A stretch of 64,000 nt of DNA, taken from assembly GCA_964057225.1 (NCBI GenBank), contig OZ059894.1, forward strand, positions 10,726,001 to 10,790,000, read 5' to 3'. This DNA comes from Auanema rhodensis. Its lineage: Eukaryota; Animalia; Nematoda. A program made the position numbers and the translations under genes. The notes below the pieces were generated by a model. The model searched no databases and was not told the DNA's origin. It worked only from the letters and a program-made list of their open reading frames with translations. Positions within the stretch are counted from its first letter, which is position 1, and each line of letters opens with the position of its first letter. Positions 12,801 through 26,900 of the stretch are shown in pieces.

Positions 12801-15800
12801 TTGAAGAGATTGAAAAATAATTTTTTTCCCCCATGCGCCTTTAAGCATATAGCTGATTCAGTTCTCGTAATCCTTCCTATTCACGGTTGAGGTGACACAT
12901 ATTATACGTTTGAGAGGCACTACAATGTAAAAATCTTAGCTTCAGGTGGCTTGACATCACTGATGGTTGTCCTCTTAAGCTAAATCTAACGTTTCATCTG
13001 GTTTTTGAACCAACTTTCGTTCTGTGGTATCTAATTAGATATACATATTTCAGTTAATCAGTAGTGATAAAAGATTGTCGACATTGTCGTCCAATGTTGT
13101 CGTCTGAAGAGTTGAATCAAGGTCAAGCTCTTAACACTGGCGCCAACTAACGACCATCCTCCTTAAGCGCCATCCACGGTTGTCAGCGAATCAGGAACAA
13201 CGTTTCTATTCTTGGCTGTCTTTCTCTCTAACGGTGGTTTAATAAAAGAAATTGGGAGATAGAGAATACTTCGCCGTTTTCTTACTTCGAACTTTGACTC
13301 CTTGGCACATCTTAAAGTCCTATTAAGAATTAATGACTTTTAGTCCAAGTGTTAGTAATACATCTGGTGCCATTCTAAAAATTAAAATGGACAAAATAAA
13401 AATATAAGAGTAAAAAAACAATGCGATCTTCCTTGTCTTGATTGAAAGTTTAGTAAAAATAGTAAATAACTATAATTTATTTGTTGCATTACTTATAAAA
13501 TGTTATTCTGTATCATGTTAATGATATCAACATAGGTGCAAAAAGAGTATTGCTAGATAGAATTGACAGTAGAAAAACAAAATTACATATGAATTAATGC
13601 TTTGTTAAGTTGTAATCATGTTTTGAATTCTACTCTTTTTCTCATTCAAGGAGATATAGGTAAACTCATATCTATGTGTATATGATGTTATTTAGTATCT
13701 GAAGTTACATCTTCTGACAAAATTGGCAACTTTCTGCTTTTTCCTTTAATAGAGAACGAGAGGGTTCCCATTTTGTATCCTTTGTATTGTTTTTTTCAAT
13801 GATCCATGCAATGGTGAAAGTGTTGCATTACCGTATACAGGCTTCAAATTATCGGTGTTTGTTGATTTAAGAAAGCGTTTATATTTTTTCATGACGAATC
13901 ATTGTGATTTGATAACATCCTCCCCCTTCTTCAACGGCTAGATAATAGCTATGTTTAACTTTCTTTTTCAAGACGATGATGAAGATTAGAAGATAAACGA
14001 TTCCATTAACTGGCTCTTATCAATGTTTATCGTGAATATATTCGTCTGTCATCCAAGTGTATGTTCTGTACTCACATTTCAAACTGAAATCCAAAACATT
14101 TCTCATAGATAGATCACATATCATTTACACGTGACAGTACAGATCTCCCCGAGGCCTCGTGGTTTTCATTATCAAAGATGTCGTCTGCTGTCCAGCACCT
14201 TTCAAGTGTTGTTTACCACGACGTGCGCCTGATTGATGACTCTGTGACGTTGTCAGCGACACGAATATGTGCCCGATGACTTTTTGAATTAGACTTTCAA
14301 GTTGTCTTCATGACCATTACTGTCTCCGGGTCGCCCTTAGAGCTTCATAGGCGTACGTCTTGTTCCATAGGTTTATGTATTTCTTTGTTATTTTTTTACT
14401 TTCCCCATGCATTTATAGAAAACACGAATTATTTACGGTACTATAGAATGTAATAAGAGTTAGAACATTTGTTGATATCACTTTCATATTATACTTTCTA
14501 AATTACTCAAGTTGTTTTTACTTTGATTTCGAACATCAGTCAACTTTTGAGTACCCCGCAGCTCAATTACCTCCTTCATTAAACTTGCCCTATTCGTCTT
14601 TTTTGCAGAAAGTTTTCAACCTGCACAGCTTTATAACAATCTGAAAAAATCGGAACAGATGATATTCATCATACCATGGGCGTAGCTAGACTTCTGGAAA
14701 CCGATTTCCTTATACGTTAATGGGAATAACCCAGAGCTTTCGGGGGGCACATAACCGACCGCGCCTAGACCGGTTGCGTTCTGATGTCCATTTCATCGCA
14801 ACGAACTCTTCAAACTCATGTTGCCTCTACTTGTTTTTAGGATTGTGAACACATTCAATTATGCATAACGATATCGTTGACGATGCCTTCAGAATACTTC
14901 TAACTAACCAAAAAAATATAACGGAGTTATTTCTTTCGTGTAAACCTATTAACTAAAGATATTTGAATTTTTCGGAAGAACTGGAACGGCTCCGATTGAA
15001 CGACTGCTTATTCACAAAAACAAGATGTTTTCATCATCAATAATTCAATTTTCACATCTCCTACTTTTGAATTGGACAGTTTTTGAGCTATTTATTGGCG
15101 CCAGACAATATTCTAAAAACGTTATTCGTTTGGCGTACCGATGGAATCAGAATTAAATTTGTTCCATAATTCGTTCATTTACGTTACAAGTTTTCTTTTT
15201 CTCAATTCGTGGAACAAGAACCTTGAGCTGCAACCTGAATTTTCTCGTTAAATATGGAAATAAGAGCATATTGTGGGTATAGGAAGTAAAAGTGGAGGAA
15301 GTAAAATTGATTCAATAGTTTAATTATTTGTAATTTTTCCATATATTTAAGATGATGATCAATTCATATCAGTAATAACAGTTGAATTCAATAGGCTGAG
15401 TATAGTGAAAAGGAGTGTAATGTATATTGAGAGCATCTATGGTCTCGCTGACCTTTTTAAATGTTCTCTTTTTCAATTCAAATATGACTGTACTTACTCT
15501 GTTAATTGATAGGATAAATATAAATATATCAAATCTTTTTACGTCTTATCACTGATCTTCATTATGCTGCTCTATTTCTCTCTACTCTCCTCTTTTTTTC
15601 TCGCCTTTTCTTCTCATCCTCATAGTCGCACTTTTGTTTTGGACAAAATTCCAATTTCCTTAGAGTATTCAAAACCTGTTCTTTATATTTTAGTTAATAG
15701 AAAAGATGGCTGAATCTGAAAGTATATTGAGTTCATAGTGCGATTCTTCATAAAAACTGAATTTTTTATTCATTAACTGAGCATCTTCTTTTGAATATCC

Positions 15801-18800
15801 TTTTCTTTCTATCAATTGTTTGATTCCAGAATTTACCTCGAGTTGTATGAATTTAGGTCAATTGTTTTAATCTTAATTCCATCCCAGGCTTCTTCTAAAT
15901 CTTCTAGTTGTAGAGTTAAAGTTCCTCAAGTGCATTAGAATTGAAATTTCAAAAAGAAAAGATGTAGATCTTTGAAAGGAAAAGATTTGCTAAATTCGGC
16001 TAAGATACGATAAAACTGTAAATATGGACAGAAGTAATAGGAAACAGTGGGTAAATTGAGGAAGTACTTGGAAGATACGCATGGAATGTAAAGAATGTTT
16101 ATGTTTAATCACTGCGCAGCTGTCATAATTGAAGCCTTTTAATGATTTTCGTAATTGCCTAAGCCGATGACGATTCTAGGGCGAATTGTGACACGGACAT
16201 GTGAAAGCAATGTTCGAAGAAATTGAAAAAAGTAAGGAAAGAATCTTTTTAACATTTTTTTTTGAAATTTAAATTAAAAGAATTAATAATTCATATAGAT
16301 ATATTAAAAATATTGATACCTACGTTGTTCTTTCAAGATTAAAATGTATAGAAATTAAAGAAGAAATATGGTTTAGTGTCAAAATCAATGAGCAAACTTC
16401 TGAATCAGATCAGACATCAGCAATACAGGATCTGAGATCATAAAAATTCTAAATATGTTTGATGCGGAATGGCGTTTGTTGACGATTTAGTTGAGCAGAG
16501 TACGGATACCATTCACTAACGACGCGAAATTCCACGCAATATTACACTGAAAGTGCTGCCACCATGGTCCAAAGTGTTGTCATCATCACTGACGATTCAA
16601 ACGTTTTCTTTCGAAAATACGAATCCTAATCTGGAAGCATACGGGGATCTCTATATCCGTACCAAACCATTAGCGACGTCAATCACACAGTACCAATTGA
16701 TTGATTGAAAGCATTGTGATAAGTTATTTATAAAACTCATCATATAAGATGAAAGAATTAAGAGAACTGGTACACATAATGAATGAGGAATCATATTAAA
16801 CAGTCAATTTACAAATAAATAAATAGTTAATCTGACAAAATAATAATAATTGTCACGAATCTTGACAACTTTTGATAGTTTTTCTTTCTATTTTTATGTG
16901 TATATATTCGTGTGTGACGAATTTGTCACTTTTATCAGTTACCTGATAATTGATGAACGTGATCATCCATATCTGTTGATCACATTTCTTTGAAAAGGAT
17001 AAAAACGTTTAATATTTATATAATAAAGTATAAATAAATAATATATTTATATAAAAATGCTCATAATATAAATAAAATTCTTGAAAATTCTTTTTTTTTT
17101 GGTGAACACCATTAAATTGGTGTTGTTTAATTGAAATGTTGTATTATTTTAATAATAATATTATTATTATTATTATAAAATTGTATATTTCAAGAAAATA
17201 CATCGGACCATGAAAATATAATTGAAAATATACTTCTTATCACATTGATTTAGTTTTTGAAATATTCTCTAATAGTCATAGGCGTCGACAAGAATATTTC
17301 GCATGTTTCAAATTCTGAGAGAAATTGAAAAGAGATTATGTCTTGTTTTTTCTTGAATCATTATGATGTTGAATTGAATCTTATAACTTTCGAACAAACA
17401 ACCTAATGTACTTATCAAATACCTCTAATTGTCAAACTCAAATGAGAACACCTTACTCGATGTATGTACATGACTAAAGTTCAAATGCCACTTCTTGTCT
17501 GAACTAATTTTTCCAATAATTTGAAGTTCTTGAAATGATAGGAATATGTAGATAAATCGGAATACCTTAACGTAATGGATTCGACTAAAAATCATAAAAT
17601 GTTTTATTTTTATTTTTATTCATTAGATGTTTGATCAAGATATCATGAAACGCGACAAATTTACATTACCGTCATAGTTTTCCTCTTTGATTTCAAGTAC
17701 TAGAACTGAAATTACTTTATTTACAATACTACAGTTTTAGCTGTCAGTTTCAGTTTTTCTTAATTAAACGATTGTAGGATGATTCTGCTCGGTCAACACT
17801 CAATGAATCTATACAAATTTGGCATAGATCTTCTACATTTTTGAAAAGATTAATGAGATTAGCGGATAAAACGCTTACATTATGGAATGATCCAATTCTT
17901 GTAAGTTTATTGATATACATATATTTTTTTTTGTTTTACAAAATAAAAAAAGAAACTATCGTTTGATGTCTCATGATAAAGGGGGGACCGCCTGAACTAC
18001 AGAAGACAATGATTTTCTTCTGGTGTCATAAAACTTGATGTATTAATGGGTTGAACATTTTGGGCAATTCGAAAAATTTCGTTCGGAAAATTTAAAAGTT
18101 GAATTAGCTGTTAACTAATCATTTCAATCATTAATTATTTCCCAAAAAAACTTATTTTTAGAACCGGGTACATCATATTGGTAGATTTGTGCTCGGGTCG
18201 TATAATATTGGATTTAAAGATGAAATCAAAAAAGTAATTGTGGAAAAGCCAAGATATCGTTTAATGAATCCTAAGATCAGCAATATTTATGTATTTAGTG
18301 ATCTATTAGTTCTGATAATAGTTAGTTTTACTACATGATCAACATCAATAAAATAAAATAAATTTAGAATGGTGAAGCTCGACATTATGATTTAAATTTG
18401 GTTTGGACTAGTAAAACATCGGATAATATTGTTACAGTTAAATCTCCTGATATGGAATGTTGTATAGAATTTAATATGGAAAATCAAGTTGAAGATAAAA
18501 CTTTGGTAAGTTTTTGATTACATTCAACATATTTTAAAACTCTTCAGAGCTCATTTCTTATGCAATGTCGATATCCATTCGACCCGTTAATGGAAGGAGG
18601 CCCATATCCGGCAACAAGACGTGGAAAGCATCAGTTTTCTGCGGATTGTGAACGTGAGAAACTTCGCTTAGCTGTCTATGATGGTGAATGGAGAAATAAC
18701 AGTTTGCACGGAAAGTAAGAAAGATTGATTTGAGGCTTTCAGCATCTGAATTCTATTACAGAGGAACGCTGCTTTTACCAAATGGCGATATACAAAAGGG

Positions 18801-21800
18801 AATGTTTGTTCAAGATGTATTACATGGGTAAAACTTCATCTCAATCTTCAATTTCTTAATCTATACTTCAGGTTTGGTGAAGTACATAAATCCGTTGTTG
18901 AAGAGCTTGAAGGAACAAGCGGAATGTTATCTTCGTTTTACACAACTATACCTAGTAAAACAGAAAAGTTTAACATATCTAGAGGAGTATTCAGCAAAGG
19001 AATTCTAAATGGCATAGCTAAACTAAGGTTCTGAGGTCATTATTCTATAATAACAAGTTATTTATTTGAAGATATTCTGATGGAAGAACATACGAAGGAT
19101 ATGTAATCAACAATGAACCTCATGGGTTTGGTATTTTGAGATCATCTTTTGAGATCCATGTTGGATCTTTTAAAAATGGAATAGAATTTGGATACGGAGT
19201 TAAAGCCAATCCAAGTAATTTGTGTTTGTTTAAAGAATATATAAATAATTTCCTTAAAGAAATCAAGGTTTTGGGTGAATTTGGAAATTGTAAAGAAAGA
19301 TTAAATCGTTTGATTGTAACAATTGATGGAGCAGTTACAGAAGGAGAACTACAAAATAATATTTTTAAGGTATTTTGAAGTATGAAAATTCTGAAATAGC
19401 TTACAAGATATTTTTAGAATGGAAACATAATGGCTGTAATGTCTGATGGTGAAACTATTGAATACGAAGGAGAAATGGATGGTTCATCAATAGGAAAGAT
19501 AGTGAGTAATATTCTGTTTCATATTGTTTTCTTTCAAATCTTATTTATAAAATATATTTGAATTTATTTATTTTTAAAGGGACGGTTAATTTTGTCTCGA
19601 AATAGATGTTTGAGAGGTTCATTTGGAGGAAACTTGTTGTCTGGAAATGTTCAAATTTTGGATGGAACTTTAGAATTTTTACCATGCAGAGATAATCTGA
19701 TGAAGTGAGGATGAAGTACCATATACAAAATAAGTTTCATTTTGTAGCGAAGAGCCTGTACTATCTCAATGGGCAGTTCCAGTAGAACGAAGATGGAAAG
19801 AGATGTTTGATGTGTTCATGAGTGAAGAGCTTGGAAGAGAAGAAGGCATTTTTTAAAAAAAATTCTTGTCCATATGATAACCTTTCAGGAAAAAGCACTA
19901 GTTGTGAGCAAGTTTGGAGCAGCATTGTATGGGCAATGGAACGAGGCAGACAACTTCTTTGTCGCAATCCGGGGTATCTTTCGATTATTTTTCAAATCAT
20001 TATTGATGACAAATCAATAACAAACTAAATTAATACGAAAAATGATTCATCTTAAGTGGACAGAATGAGAAATACACAACGATGAAAGGATTTTCGACTG
20101 CTTTAGAGCACATTCCTGATTATAATTCTGAATGGGGTTTAGATTATTATAACATGATCGTTGAATATTGGAATTTGGTTTGATTGATTAGCAAATTTCT
20201 GAAGGAAAAGTATCTTATAGGCTCTTGAAAACGTGTATCATCCTCTTAATCGTATATTGATGTCAATAGTAGATGTTTTCCAAATTTCATATGGTGATGT
20301 TGCGGAGCATCGAGCATTGTATGCACATGCAACATTCGAAGCTATTCATTTGATTAACAAAATGTATGATATTGTTAGGTATAATTATATAATTTTGTTT
20401 ATTAAAATACAATAATATACATTTAGAATTTTATTTCCAACTTTACCTGAAGATCCAAATCATGTTATTTCTAATGATTTTTTGGATATGAATGATCTAA
20501 CTAATAATATTTCCTTTTCAACATACGATGATGAAATAGATTCTTCTCCACAAAAAAAGTATTTTAAATTAATTTTATTTTAATTATTTATAATTTATTT
20601 TAGTTTATCAAACAAATTTCGTTTTCCTGTGCCAGCTTGTGATTTTATAAATGAGGTTTTTCAAGCTTTAGTATTTTATTAAATAAAATACATTTGAAGG
20701 TATTCTTCTCACGTTGCGGACCAGTATTATTTTCTATTTTTTCTTTATATAATAAAGAAATTAATGATCGATATTGGGAAAGAACCATGTATTTGAATAA
20801 CTTTCCTGATTCCAAAATACTTAAATACCTTTCTGTTCCCAAGTAATAATTTCTGATATATCATTAAATTTAAATTTCTGTTTTTTAGTGAATTATGGCC
20901 TCCAAACCAAAATCAACAAGTAAATTGTGATTGTGAATGTGAAACACAGGTATCTTTCATTTAAGTTCTAACTTTAATAGAAAAATTTTATTTTAAAATT
21001 AGTCATTTTCACATAATCAATGAGTCGGTATTATCTGTATTCTGTTGAAAATTCGATAATTTTACGGATTTTATTCGAAAGAACAAAGATATTACTATTA
21101 ATTTGTATAAGTTTTGAGCTTTTGAATTACATTATTGAATTGTTGATCCTTTTTCATTTTCCTTGACCGAAAACATTTTTCTTTTAAAACATAAATGAAT
21201 TAAATAAAAAATATATTTGAATGTCTATCTATAATATGTATATAGATGTTTATATAAATCATTAAGGTTTTACTAGAAAACAAATTAATTTTTGTTTTTC
21301 TTTAGGAAACAATATCAACATGTAGCAACTTCTATCATGTTCCTGTACATATGTTACAACGACTTCCCATGGAAACTAATCCATCTCAGAAACTAAGGAT
21401 CATAGCAGACACTTTCAGTGCAATGAAATCGGTACGATTAATATTTTTCATTTAAACCTAAAAACTATAAGATTCTTTGTTCTTTTAAAAGTAATCTTGA
21501 GAAACCTTTCGAATTTTTAAATTTCAAATAAGATATATGAAAACCAAAATATGAAACTTGATGTCTTAACGTCTAGCTGTCACCGAAAAAAACAGAAAAA
21601 TCTATATTCATTCAAAATATTATATTTTATATTCCAAGTTTAACCTTTTTATAAACTTGAAACTTGAGGGTAAATATTACGAGTATTTATTTAAATTACA
21701 AGGATAAAACCATTTTAGTGGTATCATGGTATGTTATTTGGTAACAAAACTTGTAATGATGATGACAATTTTAAAATTTCCCCCTTAACATGTTTTTGTG

Positions 21801-23863
21801 TCTTAAAAGATTTTCTAAAATCAGATAAGAAAATGATTTGATAGAATTAGAGTGCTATGGGTCTGGTTATATCTAAAAGAATTGTTATAATTGGTTTAGT
21901 TAGTGTCCTTTTCTTATTGTAAAGAGCTTTGATGATGATAGTCTATTTTGAAAACCATTCCGTAATGTTGATTGAATATTTTAAATGAAAAATGTTGAAA
22001 TATTATGACAAAAAATGAAAAAATCTTTGTCAAATATTCAAAGTTCAACTACTTTTCCGCATTAAGAGCATTAAGAATTGAAATTTGAATTATAATTTCT
22101 TTGATTTATTTGTGTAGAAATATTATTATAATGATACATATGACTTAAAGTAATATTAACTTCATTTATAAAAGATATTTTATAATTTCTTTAACTTGCA
22201 AAGGTACTTCAATATTCTCATCCAAGATAATCTAATGGACTACATAAATCATTGTCATCTTAGGAGTTCAAACTTAGAGCATAAGAATATGTTGTTGTTG
22301 TAAATGCCGGAATAACTCAAAATTTGATTTAGATATACGAAATGATTCTTTCCATACATAGTGAAATAGAATTTGAAAGATAACCAACTATGTGAACTGA
22401 GTCGAACTAGTTTTGTGTGGGCATTCATCCTACATCAAGTTTACTCAATTGAATTGATAGTATGCTCAATTTGCTCAATTTCCAATGTTTTTTTCTTTCA
22501 TGGAAAAATCAATTATAATCATTTATAACATTATTTATTAACATAATTATTATCAAGTAGGAACATGGGGCTAGATTCAACAATATAAGTTTAAAACTGT
22601 ACAATAGATTGCTATTAGAAAATCAGAAAATACTTTTGAACTGACTGGGAAGCTCGCTTTTATGAACATGTGGCTAGTTCATCGAAAAAAAGTGTTTATA
22701 TTATTATGATAAAGCAATAGCCGTTTAAATATCAGAAAGTTAATAATATAGATTCAATTCTGGATATATTGATGAATACTACAACTTAAATGCTATTTGA
22801 ATTCCTTTTCTATTTGACTTTCTTATTCAGTTAACAAAAGTCGTCATGCTAGTAATTTATTCAAGTTTTTCACTGTTCATCATTTATAAATGATGTTTAA
22901 AAACAATCTGATAAATGTAATAAAATCAGCAACATAGAAAATCCCTGAATATATAGAACTGAGAAGGATGGTGAAAGAACCTCATAGTGATACCATTCCA
23001 TAATAACTTGAATTTCGATTTACTTGACTATTTTTTAGCGAAGTGTATTTGTAGCAAAATGTCAAATTAAATTAAAGGAGAGGAAGTAATCGTTGTAGAT
23101 TTTATAACATCTATTTGAAAGTTACTGTTTATGCTCCTTCGTTACTACTTTATCTGCGAATCTAGCTGACATCTGAACTTCTGAAGGAGCATAACTATTA
23201 TATATATAAATGAATATATATAAAACATTTAAAATAGTGAAAAAACCGTTAAAAGAAGGAAGTAACATTAATTTTTTCAAAAAAAAACACCGAAAATAGG
23301 AATGTCTGTAAGTGGGAAATGGCTAGAAGTTGGTTACAAATTGCGTATTTTATGAGTAGAACTTGAATACAGGAGCCAACGCTTTAAGCGTATTCAAAAA
23401 AACACATCGGAAACAACAGATGGAAGAATGAAATTTATACCTATCGACTTGAAAATGATAAGTAATTATGAAAGGACTTATTGGCGAAAATAGAATAACT
23501 TAAGGAGAATGGCTATTATTTACATGGCTAAACTAAAATAACAGAAACATTTGATTTCTGATTGTTATCCCAAAAAGCTTTTTACTTTGAATAGGATACG
23601 AGCTGAAAAGAGAACGTTTCAATGCTTATTTTAAAAAATATCTGAGTCATTGAATTGGATCAGATATATTTTAAATAATTCAGTATGCAAAAGGAAGGGA
23701 GGGCAATAAGAAACCTAAGAATTGAAAACAAAACTGGTTCTTTCCTTAATTGAATATAATTTCATAGTTATGCACAAATATCCTTCTGAATTCTGGGAGG
23801 CTACGAAGCGTTTTGAACGATTTCATGGAAACAGGCAAAAGGAAAAAAATACTCATCGAGGAA

Positions 23864-23928
<65 letters not shown>

Positions 23929-26900
23929 TATATCAAAAAGTACTTATTAGGAGCGGAATTAGAGAGAAAAATTAAAGTTATTTACAAACTATGTACACAT
24001 ATATATGGAAATATATCATGTAGAGTGCCAACACTTTTTCATATAGAGATCGTCATTAGTTCATATGTGCTCAAAACCTAAAGCCTGATTAGGCTTCTAG
24101 TTTAAGCTCCCGAACTATAGCATTTTCCAAAATATCGCTGAAGGATTGTTTAGGGGAATCAGCACTTGTATATCCAGAATCGTTGCTGCCTTTGTCTAGT
24201 TCTTTTCCATCAGAGTCAGATTGCCACATTCCACTTACAACGCAAAAAGCAGCAATAGCATCAGCCATGTCTGGTCCCTGTCGCGATCTTTTCTGAAACC
24301 ACAAGTTTAGATTCCGAGCTCTGTATTCTTTTCTTTGAGGTGAATGATTTTCAAAATATGCAATCATATGCACGTATGCTTTACGAAGTTTGACGTCGTT
24401 ACTGTCATCATCTGTTCATGTTTGGTCAGGCGGACGTTTTTATAGTCTCATCTCTCAAAGTAATCATTGCGAGATTCAGATAAAAGCTTCAGACAATTTT
24501 CGGGAAGCAAAAAAGCATGGAGCGAACTGTTTTTTATTTTCATCATAGGTTTGTATATATAACGCGACATTCCGAGAGCAATCGTGAATCGTAACTCAAA
24601 TTTCGAAGGAAAGAATAGAGGAAAGGGAAATGATTCAGCAAACGAAAAGGTCAATAACTATGTATATTTATATTTGAAAAACAGATAGTGCTTACCTGGT
24701 ATTTGGGATGATGACGAAATGGACTATCAGGTCCAACAGAATCGGGAAGATCTTGATCTTCTATTATGCGGCGAATACCAGTAGTCTGATCTGGAGATTT
24801 TTTGATACTTTGATCCGCGTTATTCAGAACTGAAACTGAAACATGATGAGAAATGAGTATTTCGTTTTATTTTAGAATCTATAGCTAAGCACACACTAAA
24901 ACTAAAGCATTCAGACTAAACTAAAGAAAAACTATTATATTAGTTCAAGCATAAAAGTAGAAAACTATATATTAGTTAGAAGTATAATCAAATTAGCAAA
25001 TTACCTTTAGCCATATCCATTCTGAGCTTTAGCTCATCTTGACAAGTAGGCATTGGTGGTAGTGTGATATGACTTAGCTCTTCTTCAGTTTCAACTAAAT
25101 GACGAAGCACAGAAGAGTTACTGTTCTTAAGTGGACGAATTGCAATTGGCTTTGCAGGGGTATCCATTCGTAAACTTCGTTTTCTTCTTCTTTCCGTTGA
25201 GCTATCCTGAATTGAAATATTACAATCATTTTCATAAGAAGTTATAACTTGCCTTTGAGTTTTGTAATGTAGCTGCACTGCTAAAAGCACGGGGTCTAAT
25301 ATCCGGAACTATCTGATTATTGTTCGGAACTGGAGATGGTAAAGCAGATACAGAAGACCGGAACTGGTTCTACAAAATATTTTCATAAGTAAAATACATT
25401 ATTCTAATAATTAATGAGAAATATCTATATTTTTTGATATATATATATATATATATATTGCATAAACAACTTAAATAGTTTAAGCTAATAACGAGAGAAT
25501 TCTTAAATACATTACTGCCTTTTCTTTCTTTTTTCATTATTATCGTCTACTTTCTTATTTTTTTGTTCTTTTTCCTTTTCATATTTCGTTTGTACCCTCG
25601 TTATTTTCGACGTCAAGAACTTCAGAAACATGTACTTTACATTGACGGTCCGTCAAACATAAAGGCAGAAATACGTCCAGAAAATTTAGGGAGTCCCTTG
25701 TGAGTGTTAGTGATGGAGAAACGCCTATAGGCCTTGTTGTGAGCAATTGTACTATATTTCTAACTCTGTTTTGATAGACGACATTCACACACACGAGCAG
25801 AAGAGGCAAGAAAAAAAAACGAAAAATAGTATGCATGTAAGTGTAAGGTGAACAAAGATAGAGCGACGAACATACATACATATATATGTTGACGCTTCAG
25901 TTTTTTTGATCTTTGATTCAGAAGAGTTTTAAAAAAAGAGAAAACTAACCATAGGAGGAAAGAAGCCGAACGAATTGTGCGGTGGCAAAGAGGGTAAACC
26001 AAATGGCATCCCACTCAAAGCAAAAGGGTTGAAATTCGGGAGTAATAACGCATTTGTCCCAGCTGGTGTATTGAGAGTTGCTGTTGGTGCTGTGGTACAC
26101 GGATTGGTTATGACACCGTTAGTATTTGCAATTCCGGTTGAAGCCATGCTTGATGCTATAGCTGCAGCTGCTGCAGCAGATGCTGCTGCCTGATTCTGGA
26201 ATTGCTGAAGCAGAAACTGACTGATGTGCTCATTGCTCAGAAGATTGCCTTGAGGTAATGCTACTGAATCAATCTTTGGATTGATTCTCTTAAAAAAGAA
26301 AAATTAATTGATATGTATATGTTATAAACATACTTCGATCGAATTATTGTCTCTCAATTCCTGAGGAATAGAAGCAATAATCGCCTGTAATTCGAATGAT
26401 CCAAGAATAGGAACTGGCGAACTCTGATTGTTCATCGCCTATAACGATCTGGATAAGCGACGTGAAGTTGAACATTGAAATAAAGTAAGTGCGTGAAACA
26501 AACGTCAAACAAAGTTTAAAAAATATTATAATGCTTGATGACAATAACGAAAAATTGAGAGAAGGAAGGGGGGGAAGGGAAGATACAGCACAAAAGAGAG
26601 AGCACGAAGAGCGAAGCCAACTAACAACATTCGCTGCATCACCACTTGTCTCTGTCTCTCTCTTTTCTCAGTCTTCACCAGGTGTGGAGTTTGATCAGTC
26701 ACGTTGAATCTTTCAAATAAATTGCCGTAGGGCATTGATAAGGAGAAAAATGAAAAGTGCTATCACTTTGTTCTGTTCTTTTATTCTTTCTCTTCCTCAA
26801 TCCACCATTTCCCCCTGTGAGCCTTCATACATTCTCATTTAGTTCTTATCAATTTCTAGCAAAATGTGAACGATTTTAAATTTAAAAGAATCAGTCATAG

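Noticed and set aside
17627-17680. Extra ALS2 exon MFDQDIMKRDKFTLPS
   Set aside because: Runs into TAG without a good donor. The acceptor at 17777 continues the DH domain in phase.
17960-18040. Intronic C/D-box snoRNA candidate
   Set aside because: C-like, CTGA and ATGATT motifs are present, but there is no proper terminal D box or recognisable rRNA complement.
23300-23540. Stop-interrupted coding-like frame (possible LINE relic)
   Set aside because: No diagnostic RT or endonuclease motif; cannot be supported without a search.
24089-26435. Calling the nested gene lin-42/Period because of its DSGxxS degron
   Set aside because: No PAS, SYQ or LT motifs are visible.
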